Positions 13,476-27,733 of a stretch of 64,000 nt of DNA are shown here, piece by piece. The stretch comes from an uncultured delta proteobacterium. GTDB taxonomy: Bacteria; Myxococcota_A; Polyangia; Polyangiales; B10-G4. The DNA is taken from assembly GCA_963727445.1 (NCBI GenBank), contig CAVSGI010000027.1, positions 320,001-384,000 on the forward strand. Direction: 5' to 3'. Position 1 is the stretch's first letter. Every line of letters starts with the position of its first letter. The notes under the pieces are model-generated. The model was not told the DNA's origin and searched no databases. It saw only the letters and a list, made by a program, of their open reading frames with translations. Position numbers and translations under genes: made by a program.

Positions 13476-14348
13476 CTACGCCGTCGCCATTCGCTCGAGC
13501 AGCTCCACCCGCGTCACAGTCGCCGGGTGGTTGCGGATGTCGCTCGGCGCGGGCGCGATGCCGTAGGGGTTCAGCGCGCGCAAGAGGCCGCGCTTCTCGG
13601 TCGGCTTCGCCTTCTTCTCGAAGGCCACCAGCGCTTCGGCCAACGCCTTCGGATCGCCGGTGAGCTTCGCGGCGTCGCGGTCGGCGCGGAGCTCGCGCGC
13701 CCTGCCCAGGATCGACAAGAGCCCCTTGGCGACGAAGGGCGCCGCGACCAGCGCGAAGACGAACCCCCAGGGCATCTGACTCTCCCACAGCATCGTGAGC
13801 GCGCCGTTCACGACCAACAACAGCAAACCGAGGTGCGACATCGTCCGTGTCATCCGAACCAGCACGTCGGCGATGCCCATCACCGCCGTGTCCCGATTCT
13901 TGATGTGGCTGACCTCGTGCGCGAGCACCGCCTCGAGGTGCCGCGCGTCCGCATGGTCGAGTACCGCCGTGCCGAGGACGATTGTCGCCTTGTGCGGCGT
14001 CTGCACCGAGAAGACATCGCAATCGTCGCGGGTCGTGACCTTCAGGTCGGGCACGTGCTCGATCCCCGCGCGCATGGCGAGCCGGCCGACGGCGGCGCGC
14101 ACCCCTGGATACTCCGCATCGTCCAGCTCCTTCACCCGGTAGCGCCGGAGCACCGCCGCCGGCCCCCGGAAGAAGAAGACGCTCGCGAAGGCCACGCCGA
14201 CGACGACGCCCCAGTGCACCGTCTGCATCCCGCTCACCAGAAAGCCGAGACCGGCGAACATCAGGGCGATCACCGAGATGATCACCCCCGCCTCGAGCCG
14301 GTTCGAGAGCCCCGGCTTCTCCAGCTCGATGTGGTCGGCCAGCTCCAC
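13476..14348 (-). CDS. M48 family (HtpX-like) zinc metalloprotease
   Basis: AVLAHEVSHIKNRD, RELRAD, LAEAL, HP..RV motifs; TM segments. Confidence 0.85.
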   Translation of the reverse strand: MELADHIELEKPGLSNRLEAGVIISVIALMFAGLGFLVSGMQTVHWGVVVGVAFASVFFFRGPAAVLRRYRVKELDDAEYPGVRAAVGRLAMRAGIEHVPDLKVTTRDDCDVFSVQTPHKATIVLGTAVLDHADARHLEAVLAHEVSHIKNRDTAVMGIADVLVRMTRTMSHLGLLLLVVNGALTMLWESQMPWGFVFALVAAPFVAKGLLSILGRARELRADRDAAKLTGDPKALAEALVAFEKKAKPTEKRGLLRALNPYGIAPAPSDIRNHPATVTRVELLERMATA

Positions 14349-14405
14349 AGCGGCAGAGTATCCCCATTGCGGCGCCCCCCAGCTGCGTTACTCTGCGCCG
14401 CCCCG

Positions 14406-14480
14406 GGGCGGGTAGCTCAGCGGTAGAGCAGCTGTCTTACACACAGCGGGTCGCAGGTTCGAAACCTGTCCCGCCCACCA
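14406..14480 (+). tRNA. tRNA-Val (anticodon TAC)
   Basis: Acceptor GGGCGGG/CCCGCCC, TAGCTCAG D-arm, gctgt-ctTACac-acagc anticodon arm, GGTTCGAAACC T-arm, encoded CCA. Confidence 0.97.
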
Positions 14481-14486
14481 ACCATG

Positions 14487-14570
14487 AGAAGGCTCCGACG
14501 TAGCGTAGCGCCACCGAAGGCCGCCGAAAGGCGGCCGGAGGTGACGCGGAGCGGAGGCGGAGCCGGGAGT
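14487..14570. repeat. Diverged copy of the REP-like repeat seen after lon
   Basis: agaaggctccg...ggaggtgacgcg.agcg.aggcggagccggga shared with 9257-9335. Confidence 0.7.
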
Positions 14571-14613
14571 GCAATCACTGGATCCACCACGATTTCCCTT
14601 TGCATTTCTTCAC

Positions 14614-14673
14614 TTGACGGTTGGCGCGGCGAACCCAATATGCTCGCGGTCAGTCACTGACCGTTGGTCAGTG
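14614..14673 (+). promoter_or_regulatory. Putative promoter (TTGACG -35) with two overlapping inverted repeats (probable TetR operators)
   Basis: cggtcagt-c-actgaccg (14647-14663) and cactgacc-gtt-ggtcagtg (14655-14673) just upstream of tetR. Confidence 0.6.
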
Positions 14674-14694
14674 GACCGGTGTTCAGGGTTTCCG

Positions 14695-15351
14695 ATGGGC
14701 GTCAGTGAGCGGCGAGAGCGGGAGAAGGCCAAGCGGCGGGCGACCATCGTCGACGCGGCAGAACAGGTCTTTCTGCGCGACGGTTACGACGCCTCCACCA
14801 TGGACCAGGTCGCCGCCGAGGCCGAGATCAGCAAGGGCACGGTCTACCTCTACTTCGAGTCGAAGGATGACCTCCGGACGGCCATCGCCGAGCGCTGGGT
14901 GGGCAGCCTGGTCACGCGTCTGACGGACGAGCTCGCCTCTTGCGAGACCGGCATCGAAGGTCTCGAGGCGGTCCTTCACGCCATGCGCGAGCACTTTCAT
15001 CACAACCCGCGGCACTGCCAGATGGCGATGTCCTGGATCAGCGTCGACGGCACTCCCGGCGACACCCCCGCCCTCGAAGCCCACAAGAAGCGCATCGGCG
15101 AGCTGGTCGCCCTGGTCATCGGCCAGGTCGTGCGCGGGCAGAAGGACGGCACCGTCCGCGACGACGTCGAGCCTGCCATGGTGGCGATGAACCTCTGGGC
15201 TACCAACCTCGGCCTCCAGCTCGTGATCCAGAACCGCGATCACATCGAGCGGCGAGCGCCCGTCCAGATCCGCTTCGAGGACATGATGCCCACCTACCAG
15301 CGCATCATGCTCGATGGGCTCCGCGCGCAGCCCGAAGAGGGGAAGCGATGA
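14695..15351 (+). CDS. TetR/AcrR family transcriptional regulator
   Basis: IVDAAEQVF...TMDQVAAEAEISKGTVYLYFESKDDL helix-turn-helix. Confidence 0.93.
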   Translation: MGVSERREREKAKRRATIVDAAEQVFLRDGYDASTMDQVAAEAEISKGTVYLYFESKDDLRTAIAERWVGSLVTRLTDELASCETGIEGLEAVLHAMREHFHHNPRHCQMAMSWISVDGTPGDTPALEAHKKRIGELVALVIGQVVRGQKDGTVRDDVEPAMVAMNLWATNLGLQLVIQNRDHIERRAPVQIRFEDMMPTYQRIMLDGLRAQPEEGKR

Positions 15352-16793
15352 GCCGTCCCCTCTCCGTCGTCCCCGCCCTCGCCCTCGCGATGGGATGCCT
15401 CCCCTACGACGCTGTCGAAAACGCGGCGCCGCCGACGCCGAATCTCGACCAGTTCGTCTCCGGCGACGAGAACGAAGAGGCCGATCACTCCACCGCGGGC
15501 ATTGAACCGTGGTGGGAGGTGTTCGGCGATCCGGACTTGAACGCTCTCGAAGAACGCGCCCTCGGCGACAACTTCCAGCTCCGCGCTGCGTGGGCGCGGC
15601 TCTCTCAGGCCCGCGCCGTCGCCGAGCAGGCGGGCGCGCCCCGCTGGCCCCAGGTGGACCTGCAGCTCCGCGCCAGCCGGCAGCGTCAGGTCTTCGGTTC
15701 GGCGGGTGTCGTGGAGTTCTCGAGCTACGGCGCCTCGGTCCCCGTCAGCTACGAGCTCGACCTCTTCAGGCGCATCGGCGCCACCGCCACCGCCGCGGAG
15801 CTCGACGCCCGCGCGACGCGCGACGACGTCGAGGCCCTCGCGATCACCATCAGCGCCGAGGTGGCCGAGGCCTACTTCGACCTGGTCGAGATCCGCCAGC
15901 GCAAGACGCTCCTCGAGAGCCAGCTCGCCTCCGCCGAGACCTTCGCCGAGCTCACCGACCTGCGCTTCCAGACGGGACAGGCCTCCGCCCTCGAGGTCTA
16001 CCAGCAGCGCAGCAACGTGCAGGGCACGCGCGCCCGCATCGCCCTGCTCGATGGTGAGGTCGCACGCGCCGAAAACCAGCTCCTCGCCCTCGTCGGCGAT
16101 CCCCCCGGCACGGCGATCAGCGACGGCCCCGCCGAGCTCCCCACCCTCGGCGAGGTTCCCGACCTCGGCCATCCCGCCACGCTCCTCGCCCGCCGGCCCG
16201 ACGTCCGCTCCGCACAGCGCCGCGTCTCCGCCGCGGACTATCGCGTGGGCGCCGCCATCGCCGACCGTTTTCCCAAGCTCGTCCTGTCGGGCAACATCGG
16301 CTTCGGCGCCAACGACCTCGCCAACCTCTTCGCCAACGTCGTCTGGAGCCTGATCGGGAGCATCTCGCAGTCGATCATCGACGGAGGGCGGCGCGCCGCC
16401 GAGGTGGACCGCACCGAAGCCGTCGTGCAGGAGCGCCTCGAACAATTCGGCCAGACGGTGATCACCGCCCTCATCGAAGTAGACGGCTCGGTGAAGGCCG
16501 AGCGGGCGCAGGTGGCGAACCTGAGCGAGCTCGAGCAACAGCTCGAGACACTCGACGCGACGCTCACCGAAGCGCGCAACCGGTACCGGAGCGGCCTGAC
16601 CGACTACCTCAACGTGCTCACCGCGCTGGTCGCGAAGCAGAACGCCGAGATCGCGCTCCTGACCGCGCGCCGGCAGATGCTCTCGACCCGCATCCAACTT
16701 CACCGCGCCATCGGCGGCAGCTGGACCCAGCGATTGATTCAGCCCGGGCCGCGCATGGTGCGGGACCTCGATGACGAGGAGGACGACAGCTGA
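15348..16793 (+). CDS. RND efflux outer membrane lipoprotein (NodT/OprM family)
   Basis: Lipobox AMGC; WWEVFGDPDL, SYELDLF, LLARRPDV, AIGGSW. Confidence 0.92.
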   Translation: MSRPLSVVPALALAMGCLPYDAVENAAPPTPNLDQFVSGDENEEADHSTAGIEPWWEVFGDPDLNALEERALGDNFQLRAAWARLSQARAVAEQAGAPRWPQVDLQLRASRQRQVFGSAGVVEFSSYGASVPVSYELDLFRRIGATATAAELDARATRDDVEALAITISAEVAEAYFDLVEIRQRKTLLESQLASAETFAELTDLRFQTGQASALEVYQQRSNVQGTRARIALLDGEVARAENQLLALVGDPPGTAISDGPAELPTLGEVPDLGHPATLLARRPDVRSAQRRVSAADYRVGAAIADRFPKLVLSGNIGFGANDLANLFANVVWSLIGSISQSIIDGGRRAAEVDRTEAVVQERLEQFGQTVITALIEVDGSVKAERAQVANLSELEQQLETLDATLTEARNRYRSGLTDYLNVLTALVAKQNAEIALLTARRQMLSTRIQLHRAIGGSWTQRLIQPGPRMVRDLDDEEDDS

Positions 16794-18006
16794 TGGAAAC
16801 CCTGCGACGAGTCCTCCGCTACGCCCTCCCCATCCTGGTGATCGCCGCCGGCGTCGGCGTGCGCACCTATCTCGTGAAGACCAAGCCCGAGCCCCGCCGC
16901 GCCGAGCATCAGGAGCGCGGCGCGCTGGTCGAGGTGATGACCGCGACCCAGGGCGACCACGACGTGACGCTCACGGCGCAGGGGACGGTCGTACCCGCCC
17001 AGCAGGTGGTCCTCATCCCGCAGGTCGGCGGTCGCATCCTGTGGGCATCGGACGACCTCGTCCCGGGCGGGCGCTTCCAAGCCGGCGACCCGCTGCTGCG
17101 CATCGACCCGAGCGACTACCGAATCGCCGTCGAGCAGCGCGCCGCGGAGCTGAATCGCACGCGCCTCGAGCAGCAGCTCGAGACCTCGCGCGCGCAGGTC
17201 GCGAGGCGCGAGTGGGAGCTCTTCGACGACGACAGCCGCCAGCAGACCGTCGAAGGTCGCGCCCTCGCCCTCCGCGAGCCGCAGCTCGAAAACGCCGAGG
17301 TCAGCGTACAGGCCGCAAACAGCGCCGTGCGTCGTGCCCAGCTCGACCTGCGCCGGACGACCCTCACCGCGCCCTTCAACGCCTTCGTCCAGTCCGAGAG
17401 CGTCGACGTCGGCCAGGTGGTGGGGCCCACCAGTCAGCTGGCGTCGCTGGTCGGGACGGATGCGTTCTGGGTGCGGGTGTCTGTGCCGATCGAACACCTC
17501 GCGCACGTCGGCGTCCCGGGCTTCAACTCCACCGAGGGCTCCAACGCGGTGGTCACCTACCGCGTCGGAGAGGACACCATCAGCCGGACCGGCCGCGTCG
17601 TCCGCCTCTTCGGCGACCTCGATCCCGCGGGGCAGATGGCGCGTCTGTTGGTCGAGATCGAGGATCCCTTCGGCTTCGAGGAAGGTGCGGAAGAGAGCTT
17701 GCCGCTTCTTCTCGGCAGCTACGTCACCGTCGGCGTCGAGGCGACCCCGGTGCGAAACGCGGTCGAGATCCCGCGCTATGCCCTGCGCGAAGGCGAGAAG
17801 GTCTACGTGATGACGGGTGACGACGAGCTCGACATCCGCGACGTCGAGGTGGCGTGGCGCATGGACGAATCCGTGCTCGTGACCGACGGACTCTCCGCGG
17901 GCGACCGGGTGATCACCAGCAGGCTGACGCAGGCCGTGTCCGGCATGGCGCTGCGCGTGGAAGAGGACGAGCCCCCCGCGGGCGCGCCGCGCGCCGAGGC
18001 CCAGCC

Positions 18007-18010
<4 letters not shown>
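16793..18010 (+). CDS. RND efflux periplasmic adaptor subunit
   Basis: N-terminal TM; PQVGGRI...GDPLLRIDP and LRRTTLTAPF lipoyl-like halves flanking a coiled coil. Confidence 0.92.
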
Positions 18011-21271
<3,261 letters not shown>

Positions 21272-21275
21272 CCGC

Positions 21276-23372
21276 TCACTTGCTCGTCATCACGTGGGTG
21301 CCGTCCCAGTCGTCGGGGGGCGGCGCTTCGGCGTATGTCCGTGCGCGCTCCGCCATGGTCCGGCTCGGTCCGTCTTCACCGCCGAACGCCTCGGCGGCCG
21401 CGTCGAAGGCCTCGGCGGCCTCGGCGAACTTCCGCGCGCGGTAGAGGTCGAGGGCCTGTCGATATGCGTCGACCGCGTCCTTCTCGGACTCCAGCACCTC
21501 GTCCACCTCGCCGATGAGCTCGTGGATCAGGATGCCCCGCTTCTTTCCCTTCACCGCCACCCAGTCGACGGCGCGGAAGACGAAGCCGTCGCCCGCCGCC
21601 TTCTTGGTCTCGTCGCCGCAGAGGATGCGGGTGCCGTAAGCCTTGTTCAGGTTCTCGAGGCGGCTCGCGAGGTTCACCGCGTCGCCCATCACCGTGTAGT
21701 TCAGCCGCTCCGACGCGCCGATGTTGCCCACCACGGTGTCACCGGTGTTGAGGCCGATGCGCGTCTCGAAGTGCGGCCGCCCCACCTCCTCCCACTCCTT
21801 CTGGAGCCGGGTGAGGGTGGCCCGCATCGAGAGCGCGGCGCGGCAGGCGCGAGCGGCGTGGTCCTCGAGATCTCGGGGCGCGCCCCAGAAGGCCATGATC
21901 GCGTCGCCGATGAACTTGTCGACCGTGCCGTCGTGGTCCTTGATGCACCCGCTCATCGCTTCGAGGTAGTCGGCCAGGAGCTCGACCAGCTCGTCGGGCT
22001 CCATCGACTCTGCGACCGACGTGAAGCCGGCGATGTCGCTGAAGAGCATGGTCAGCTCTTTCTTCTCGCCGCCGAGCACCGCCTCGGTGCCGGTGCGTAG
22101 CATCTCCGACACCAGGTCTTTGGGCACGTAGCGACCGAAGCTCTTCAAGCTCGATTTCATCGCGTCCGTCGCTTCGGCCATGTCGTTGACCTCGCGCACC
22201 AACGAGCTCCGCGGCAGCTTGGCGTCTCCCAGCTCGAAGCGCCCGATCCGCCCGAGCTCGTCGGCGATGATCCGCAGAGAGCCCGACACGCGGTTGGCGA
22301 AGAAGATGCCGAGGATCACCGAGAGCAGCGCCGCCACCGAGGCCACGATCGCGGCCCGCTTGGCCTGATCCCGCAGCGCGCCGAAGAAGTCGCTCTCCGG
22401 AACGACGATCACCGTCTGCCAGGGGATCCCGCTGTCTTCGGGGAAGGCGTCCACCATCACCAGATTGGCGCCGGTCTGAAAGCTGGCCGGCCGCTCCTCG
22501 TGCTGGCGAAGCCCGCCCCACGCGCTGGCGAGCATCGGATCCTCGTGGTCGTCGGCCATGGCGACGGTCTTCTCTCCGTCCGCCTCGGCGGTGGTCATCC
22601 CCTCGGGGTGGCCGACCACGTGGCCGTCCATCGACACCACGTAGACCTTGCCGTGCTCGCCCACCTTCACCGTGCTCAGGAACTCGCTGAGCGCGCTCAT
22701 CTCGTACTCGACCGCCCAGACGCCGCCGTCCCCATCGGGAGCGACGTACATGAAGCCGGGCGCGTTGATGGTGGCGAAGAGGAAGGGCTCGACCCAGGTG
22801 CCCTCGCCCTTCTCGATCGCGGCCTGAAACCACGGACGCTCGCGCGGGTCGTAGCTGCCCGTCTCCTCGTCAGCGAGGGTCCACACGCTGCCGTTGCGGC
22901 TCAGCTCGCGCATCGCGGTCGTGCCATCCGCCATCTGCTCGCGGTCGTGGCCGACGAGCTCGCCCTCGGGCGTCCGATGGACGGCGATGTAGCGCCCGCC
23001 AGGGGAGGCGTGGCTCACCCAGGTGAACTGCGGGTTCGCCTCCATCGCCGCGTAGAAGTAGTCGAGGAGCGCTTCCGAATCGGAGGTGTCGAGTCGCCAT
23101 TGGCCGGCGAGGCGGCGCGTGAGCTCCATGTAGGGCTCAGCTGGCTCGAGGTAGCGGATGGTGCGCTGGGTCGTCCGATGCGCGAGCTCCGCGCTGAGCT
23201 CGTTCCACAGCGTGGCGATGGATTCGCTCGAGCTCCGATAGGCGAGTATGCCCACCGCGCCCGAGCCGAAGAAGATCAGGAAGACGACGACCGTGACCAG
23301 CGTGGGCCGGAGCGGAAAGCCGCTCTTGGGCCCGGACTGCGCGGGCAGAGGAGTCTTGGCCGGGGCCGTCAC
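21276..23372 (-). CDS. Membrane adenylate/guanylate cyclase with Cache-like and HAMP-like regions
   Basis: LFSDIAGFT, DKFIGDAIMAFWGAP, YTVMGDAVNLASRLE; YDPRERPWF periplasmic motif; two TMs. Confidence 0.92.
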   Translation of the reverse strand: MTAPAKTPLPAQSGPKSGFPLRPTLVTVVVFLIFFGSGAVGILAYRSSSESIATLWNELSAELAHRTTQRTIRYLEPAEPYMELTRRLAGQWRLDTSDSEALLDYFYAAMEANPQFTWVSHASPGGRYIAVHRTPEGELVGHDREQMADGTTAMRELSRNGSVWTLADEETGSYDPRERPWFQAAIEKGEGTWVEPFLFATINAPGFMYVAPDGDGGVWAVEYEMSALSEFLSTVKVGEHGKVYVVSMDGHVVGHPEGMTTAEADGEKTVAMADDHEDPMLASAWGGLRQHEERPASFQTGANLVMVDAFPEDSGIPWQTVIVVPESDFFGALRDQAKRAAIVASVAALLSVILGIFFANRVSGSLRIIADELGRIGRFELGDAKLPRSSLVREVNDMAEATDAMKSSLKSFGRYVPKDLVSEMLRTGTEAVLGGEKKELTMLFSDIAGFTSVAESMEPDELVELLADYLEAMSGCIKDHDGTVDKFIGDAIMAFWGAPRDLEDHAARACRAALSMRATLTRLQKEWEEVGRPHFETRIGLNTGDTVVGNIGASERLNYTVMGDAVNLASRLENLNKAYGTRILCGDETKKAAGDGFVFRAVDWVAVKGKKRGILIHELIGEVDEVLESEKDAVDAYRQALDLYRARKFAEAAEAFDAAAEAFGGEDGPSRTMAERARTYAEAPPPDDWDGTHVMTSK

Positions 23373-23431
23373 GGCCGAGGAGTATCACATACCGGCCGCT
23401 CCATTTGTCGCCGGAAAAGGCGCCGTCGCGC

Positions 23432-26081
23432 TCACTCGGCGGAGGCGGGCCCGACCGAGCGCAGCGGCGTCCCGCGCGCGACGACCAAGTCGCGCAGGTG
23501 ACGCCGCGGCCCCCGGCCGAAGCGCCGGAGCCAGAGATCGACGACCACCAGCAGCGCCGCCAGCAGCAGCGCGAAGGGCCAGAGCGCCATCATCGCTGGC
23601 AGACGCGTCGCGGTGCCCCGAAGCACGTCCGCGGGCGCAGGATCCACCGCGCCGCCGCCTGCGGCCGCGATGGCGGAGAGGCGGAGGTCGTCCGGTCCCA
23701 GCGCATCCATCTCCGAAGCCGAGTCGTCGAAGCCGACCGCTTCCGCCAGGAGCTGTCCGTGATCGTCACGCACGCGCGCGAGGGCGTAGGGCGCATCGGC
23801 GCGCGCGCGCCCCCGATAGAGACCGGGCGCGATGCGCACGAGCGACATCTGGATCGGCTTTTCGTGTCCGGTCTCGTCGAGGGTGAAGACGTCGACGGTA
23901 TCGGGCACGCTCCGCGCGTCTTCGGGCATCTCCACCGTCAGCTCGAGGCTCCCTTCGCGGACGTCGAGTCGCGCATCGGCGAACGCGGGCGCGCGCCGCC
24001 GCATCGCGTAGCGCCCGAGCTGACGAAAGAGCTGACCGCCGCCCGGCCACGCACCCCAGCTCTCGCTCCAGCGCCCGCCCGCGTCGGTGGTGAGCGCCAC
24101 CACCGTGCCGAGGCCGTAGCGCCAGCTGGCGAGGAGCGGCCGTCCGTCGGGCGCCACCAGCGCCGTGTCTGCCGTCGGGCGACGGTTCGTCTCGGCGTAG
24201 CCGAGGATCTCGGGCGCGTTCGAGAAGTCGATCCCGACGAGCGCGGGATGCGGATCGCCGAGATGAACCTGTGTGCTCTGTTCGCGATGATTGCTGCGCG
24301 CGGTGGCGCGCGTCTCGGCGACGAAGATGCGGCGCAGCTCCGTCCCCCGGCTCGTCAGATAGAAGCGCCCTCCCCCGGCGAAGGCGAGGTCCCGCAAGAA
24401 GCCCACGTCCGAGTCCTCGCTGCCGCCGATACCCACCACGCTGGTGGTGATCCCCGCCATCTGCGCGGTCTGCGCGAGAGACACCGCCGACTCGGCGCCT
24501 GCGGGGCACGGCGGGAAGGGACAGCCGCCCCACTGCTCCTCCGAGTCCGCGGTGTCGCTGAAGAGGATGACGTGGCGGATGGGCTCGGGGGCGCTGGTGA
24601 GCGTCTCGTAAGCATCCACGAGGGCCGTGTAGACGTAGATCCCGCCGCCGCCGAGCGACATCGAGCGAATGCGCTCCCGGCTCGCCAGCAGATCGGCCGC
24701 GGGTGAGAGCGGGGCGTGCCAGTTGGTGACCACGTCCACGCTGGCGATGCCGACGCAATCGGTCGGCCTCAGGGTCGACGCCGAGGCGAGTGCCGCTTCG
24801 ATGGCGAGCTGGAGCTTGGTGTGGCTGCCGACCATCGCGCCCATCGAGCCCGAGCGGTCGAGCATGATCGCGAGGGCCACGTTCGGATCCTCGACGTCGC
24901 CGGCGTCTTCGACCTCCACCGGCAGCATCCGCGACAGCGGCGTCCCCGCGTACTCGGGGCTGAAGCCGAAGGCGCCGCCGGTCACGATCAAGCCGCCGCC
25001 CCGTTCGCGCACGTAGCTGAGGAGCTCGCGCTGACCCGCGGTGGTGACGCCCGAAAGGAGCGTGACCTCACCCTCTCGTGCCACCGGGACGTCCGCGAGG
25101 ACGACCAGTTCGTAGGCGCTCAGGCGCGCGGCATTGATCTCCGTCTCGTCGAGGGCCTCGACCTCCACCGACACGTCCGACTGCTCGAGGGCGTCGACGA
25201 GCAAGCCCGGCCGCTCCCCGGCGAGGGTCAGGACCAGGGCGCGCGGATTGCCGCTCACCAGCGTCACCGCGCCGCCGGACATCGTCCCGAGAGGCGTCGA
25301 CTTCCCCGTGTCCTGCGCGTCGAGTCGCGCCTCCACGACGTGCACGCCGGAATCCGGCGTCGGGCGAGAGGTAGCGCGCCTCGGCCCGGCCGTCGTCGCC
25401 GACGGTGATCCACTCCGTCTGACTGGCGTGGCCGTCGGCTGTCCACGAGAGCAGGCCCGAGGTCCCCGGCGGACCGGAGAGCTCGGCGATCACCTCCACC
25501 GGCTCACCCTCGACCACGCGCTCCTGCACCGCACGCACGCTCCCGAGGGTCAGATGGGCCGGCACCTCGGCCCCCATCGGCACCACGTCCACCGTGATGC
25601 CCAGGGCGCGCTGCCGCTCCACCTCTTCGAGGACGTCTCCGCGGGTGTCGCGCCCGTCCGTCATCAGGACGATGCGTCGCGAGCCGGCATCCGGCAGCGA
25701 GGCGGCCGCGAGCCGCACCGCCGCAGCGAGATCCGTGCCCTGGTGCGCATCGTTTTCGAAGAGGGTCTCGTTCGGGAGCGCGCCGCCGACCGGGACGCGA
25801 ACGTCGGGTCGCCTCCCGGCCACCACCAGCCCTGTCGCGACGTTCGGCTGGTCGGCCGACGCCAGGAAGGCCTCGCGGACGTGCACCTCCGCCTTCACCA
25901 GATCGAGCGCACCGATGCTCGGCGACTGGTCGACGACATAGACCACCGACGTCGCGTCGCTCGGCGCCTCAATCGCCGGCAGGAGCGGAGACGCGAGGAC
26001 CAACAGGACGGCCAGGAGGCGAAGCACGGTGGCCGCTCGGCGCGCGCCGCCCTCCGCCCGCTTCTTCGGCGCCTCGCTCAT
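23432..26081 (-). CDS. Large double-VWA / glutamine-amidotransferase-like membrane protein, apparent +1 frameshift near 25355
   Basis: VVDQSPS and LDRSGSM MIDAS motifs, LMTDG, PLLASWRYGLG; N-part in ORF 25068..26099, C-part in ORF 23432..25345. Confidence 0.75.
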
Positions 26082-27733
26082 GCCCACCCCTTTCGCCACG
26101 CCACGAGCTCGACCAGCAGCAGCAGCGACGCGAAAGCCGCGAGCCAGACGGGCGGCGAGGCGGGGATGCCAATCCCGGGAGCGTCCACGTCCGTGACCGC
26201 CGCCACCAGGGGTCCTTCGGCGAGGGTGACCTCGTCGTGAGGCGTCGTCTCCGCCACCGCCATCGCGTCCGCGCCCCGGAGGAACGTGACAGAGTTCGCG
26301 AGGAGGACCGGAAAGGCCACCCTGAGCACCATGTCGCTGCCCACCGGATCGATGCCGACGTAGACCCAGCGCTGTCGGCCCGCACCACCGGATGCCATCA
26401 CCGTCCCGCCGTCGAGCTCGACCAGACCGCGCGCCTGTCCCGGCGGATCGATGGCGAAGGCCCGCGTGATGCTGAGGCCGTCGAGGGCGACCCCGCGCAG
26501 AAGTGCCGCGCGCTCGTCCACCGAGCGGAGCGCCGTGTCCTCGCCCTCGAGTGGGCGTGGCGCATCCACGGGAAGCGCGCCCGTCGCGGTCCCCACGTAG
26601 AGCGTCGGCGCATTCAGATGGCGCACCGGGCCCTCCCCGAGCACCACCGCCAGGTCGTGCGCGCCCGCCTGGGCGTGCGCCTCTTCCGGGCTCGCCTCCG
26701 TGATCTCGGAGACGCCCGCCGCCTCGAGGGCGCGGCGCGCGAAGAAGCGGGCGGCGCCCTCCTCCGCGCCGCCGACGAGCAGCACGCGAGGTGGCGTGAG
26801 GGTGGGCGCGTCGAGCACCGCGCGGTCGTCGCTCTCGAGGGCGTCGGGCAACCCGTCGAGGGGCGAGACGGTGGCGACGAGCTCGCCGCCGCTCAGATGA
26901 ACGCGGATAGCGACCTCCCCCTCTTCTGCTGGGGGCACCTCCACACGCGAGCGCGCGAGCACCACGTCGCCCGCGGCGATCACCACCTCGCCGACCCGCG
27001 CCTCGCTGCCGCTCGACGCCACCGCCACCATCACCTCCCGCTCCGCCGCGTCCATGGCGTCGACCGGAGGACGGGACGCGAGGGCGGTGATGCCGAGGTT
27101 GTGCCGGGCCTCACCCACCTGGTGGCGGACCAGCGGAATCCCCTGCGCGTGGCGCGGTGGATCGCCGCCGTTCTGCCCACCGTCGGTCACCACCACCACG
27201 CGCGCCCCCGACCAACCGCGCACCAGCTCTGCGCCGAGGTCGATGGCCGCGCCCAGGTCCGCTTCGCCGCGCCGCAGGTCGAGGGCGTCCAGCGATGCGG
27301 CGAGGAGCTCGGCGTCATCGGTCGGCCCGACGAGATGCTCCACCGCGGGGCCGGCCGCGATGATCGCGTAGCGGTCGGTGGCGCCCCGGGAGTCGAGGTA
27401 GCGCTCGGCGATGCGCCGCGCCTCCGCGAGCGGCTCGCCCTCCATGGAGGAGGAGACGTCAATCACCAGCGCCACCGTCGTGCCGGTGGAGCGACCGAGG
27501 GGACGCGCGGCGGCGATGGCGAGGAGCGACACCGCGCCGATACACGCGAGCAGGGCCACGAGGCGCGTGAAGAAGCGAAGGCGGCGATTGCGCACGCGAC
27601 TGATGGCGACGCGCCGCCACAGGTGCGTGGAGGGCACGGTGACGCTCTTCTTCCGCGTCCGGACCAGAAAGGCGATCAGCACCGGCAGCCCCAGGAGGAG
27701 CGCGAAGAGGAAGAAGGGCGCGGCGAAGCTCAT
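26078..27733 (-). CDS. BatA-like N-terminus plus VWA domain protein
   Basis: MSFAAPFFL...VPSTHLW, LAIAAARP, IDVSSSM, VVTDG. Confidence 0.85.
   Translation of the reverse strand: MSFAAPFFLFALLLGLPVLIAFLVRTRKKSVTVPSTHLWRRVAISRVRNRRLRFFTRLVALLACIGAVSLLAIAAARPLGRSTGTTVALVIDVSSSMEGEPLAEARRIAERYLDSRGATDRYAIIAAGPAVEHLVGPTDDAELLAASLDALDLRRGEADLGAAIDLGAELVRGWSGARVVVVTDGGQNGGDPPRHAQGIPLVRHQVGEARHNLGITALASRPPVDAMDAAEREVMVAVASSGSEARVGEVVIAAGDVVLARSRVEVPPAEEGEVAIRVHLSGGELVATVSPLDGLPDALESDDRAVLDAPTLTPPRVLLVGGAEEGAARFFARRALEAAGVSEITEASPEEAHAQAGAHDLAVVLGEGPVRHLNAPTLYVGTATGALPVDAPRPLEGEDTALRSVDERAALLRGVALDGLSITRAFAIDPPGQARGLVELDGGTVMASGGAGRQRWVYVGIDPVGSDMVLRVAFPVLLANSVTFLRGADAMAVAETTPHDEVTLAEGPLVAAVTDVDAPGIGIPASPPVWLAAFASLLLLVELVAWRKGWA

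Noticed and set aside
14406..14570. tRNA-Val as an island or prophage attachment site
   Set aside because: No integrase and no duplicated tRNA 3' end seen in the window.
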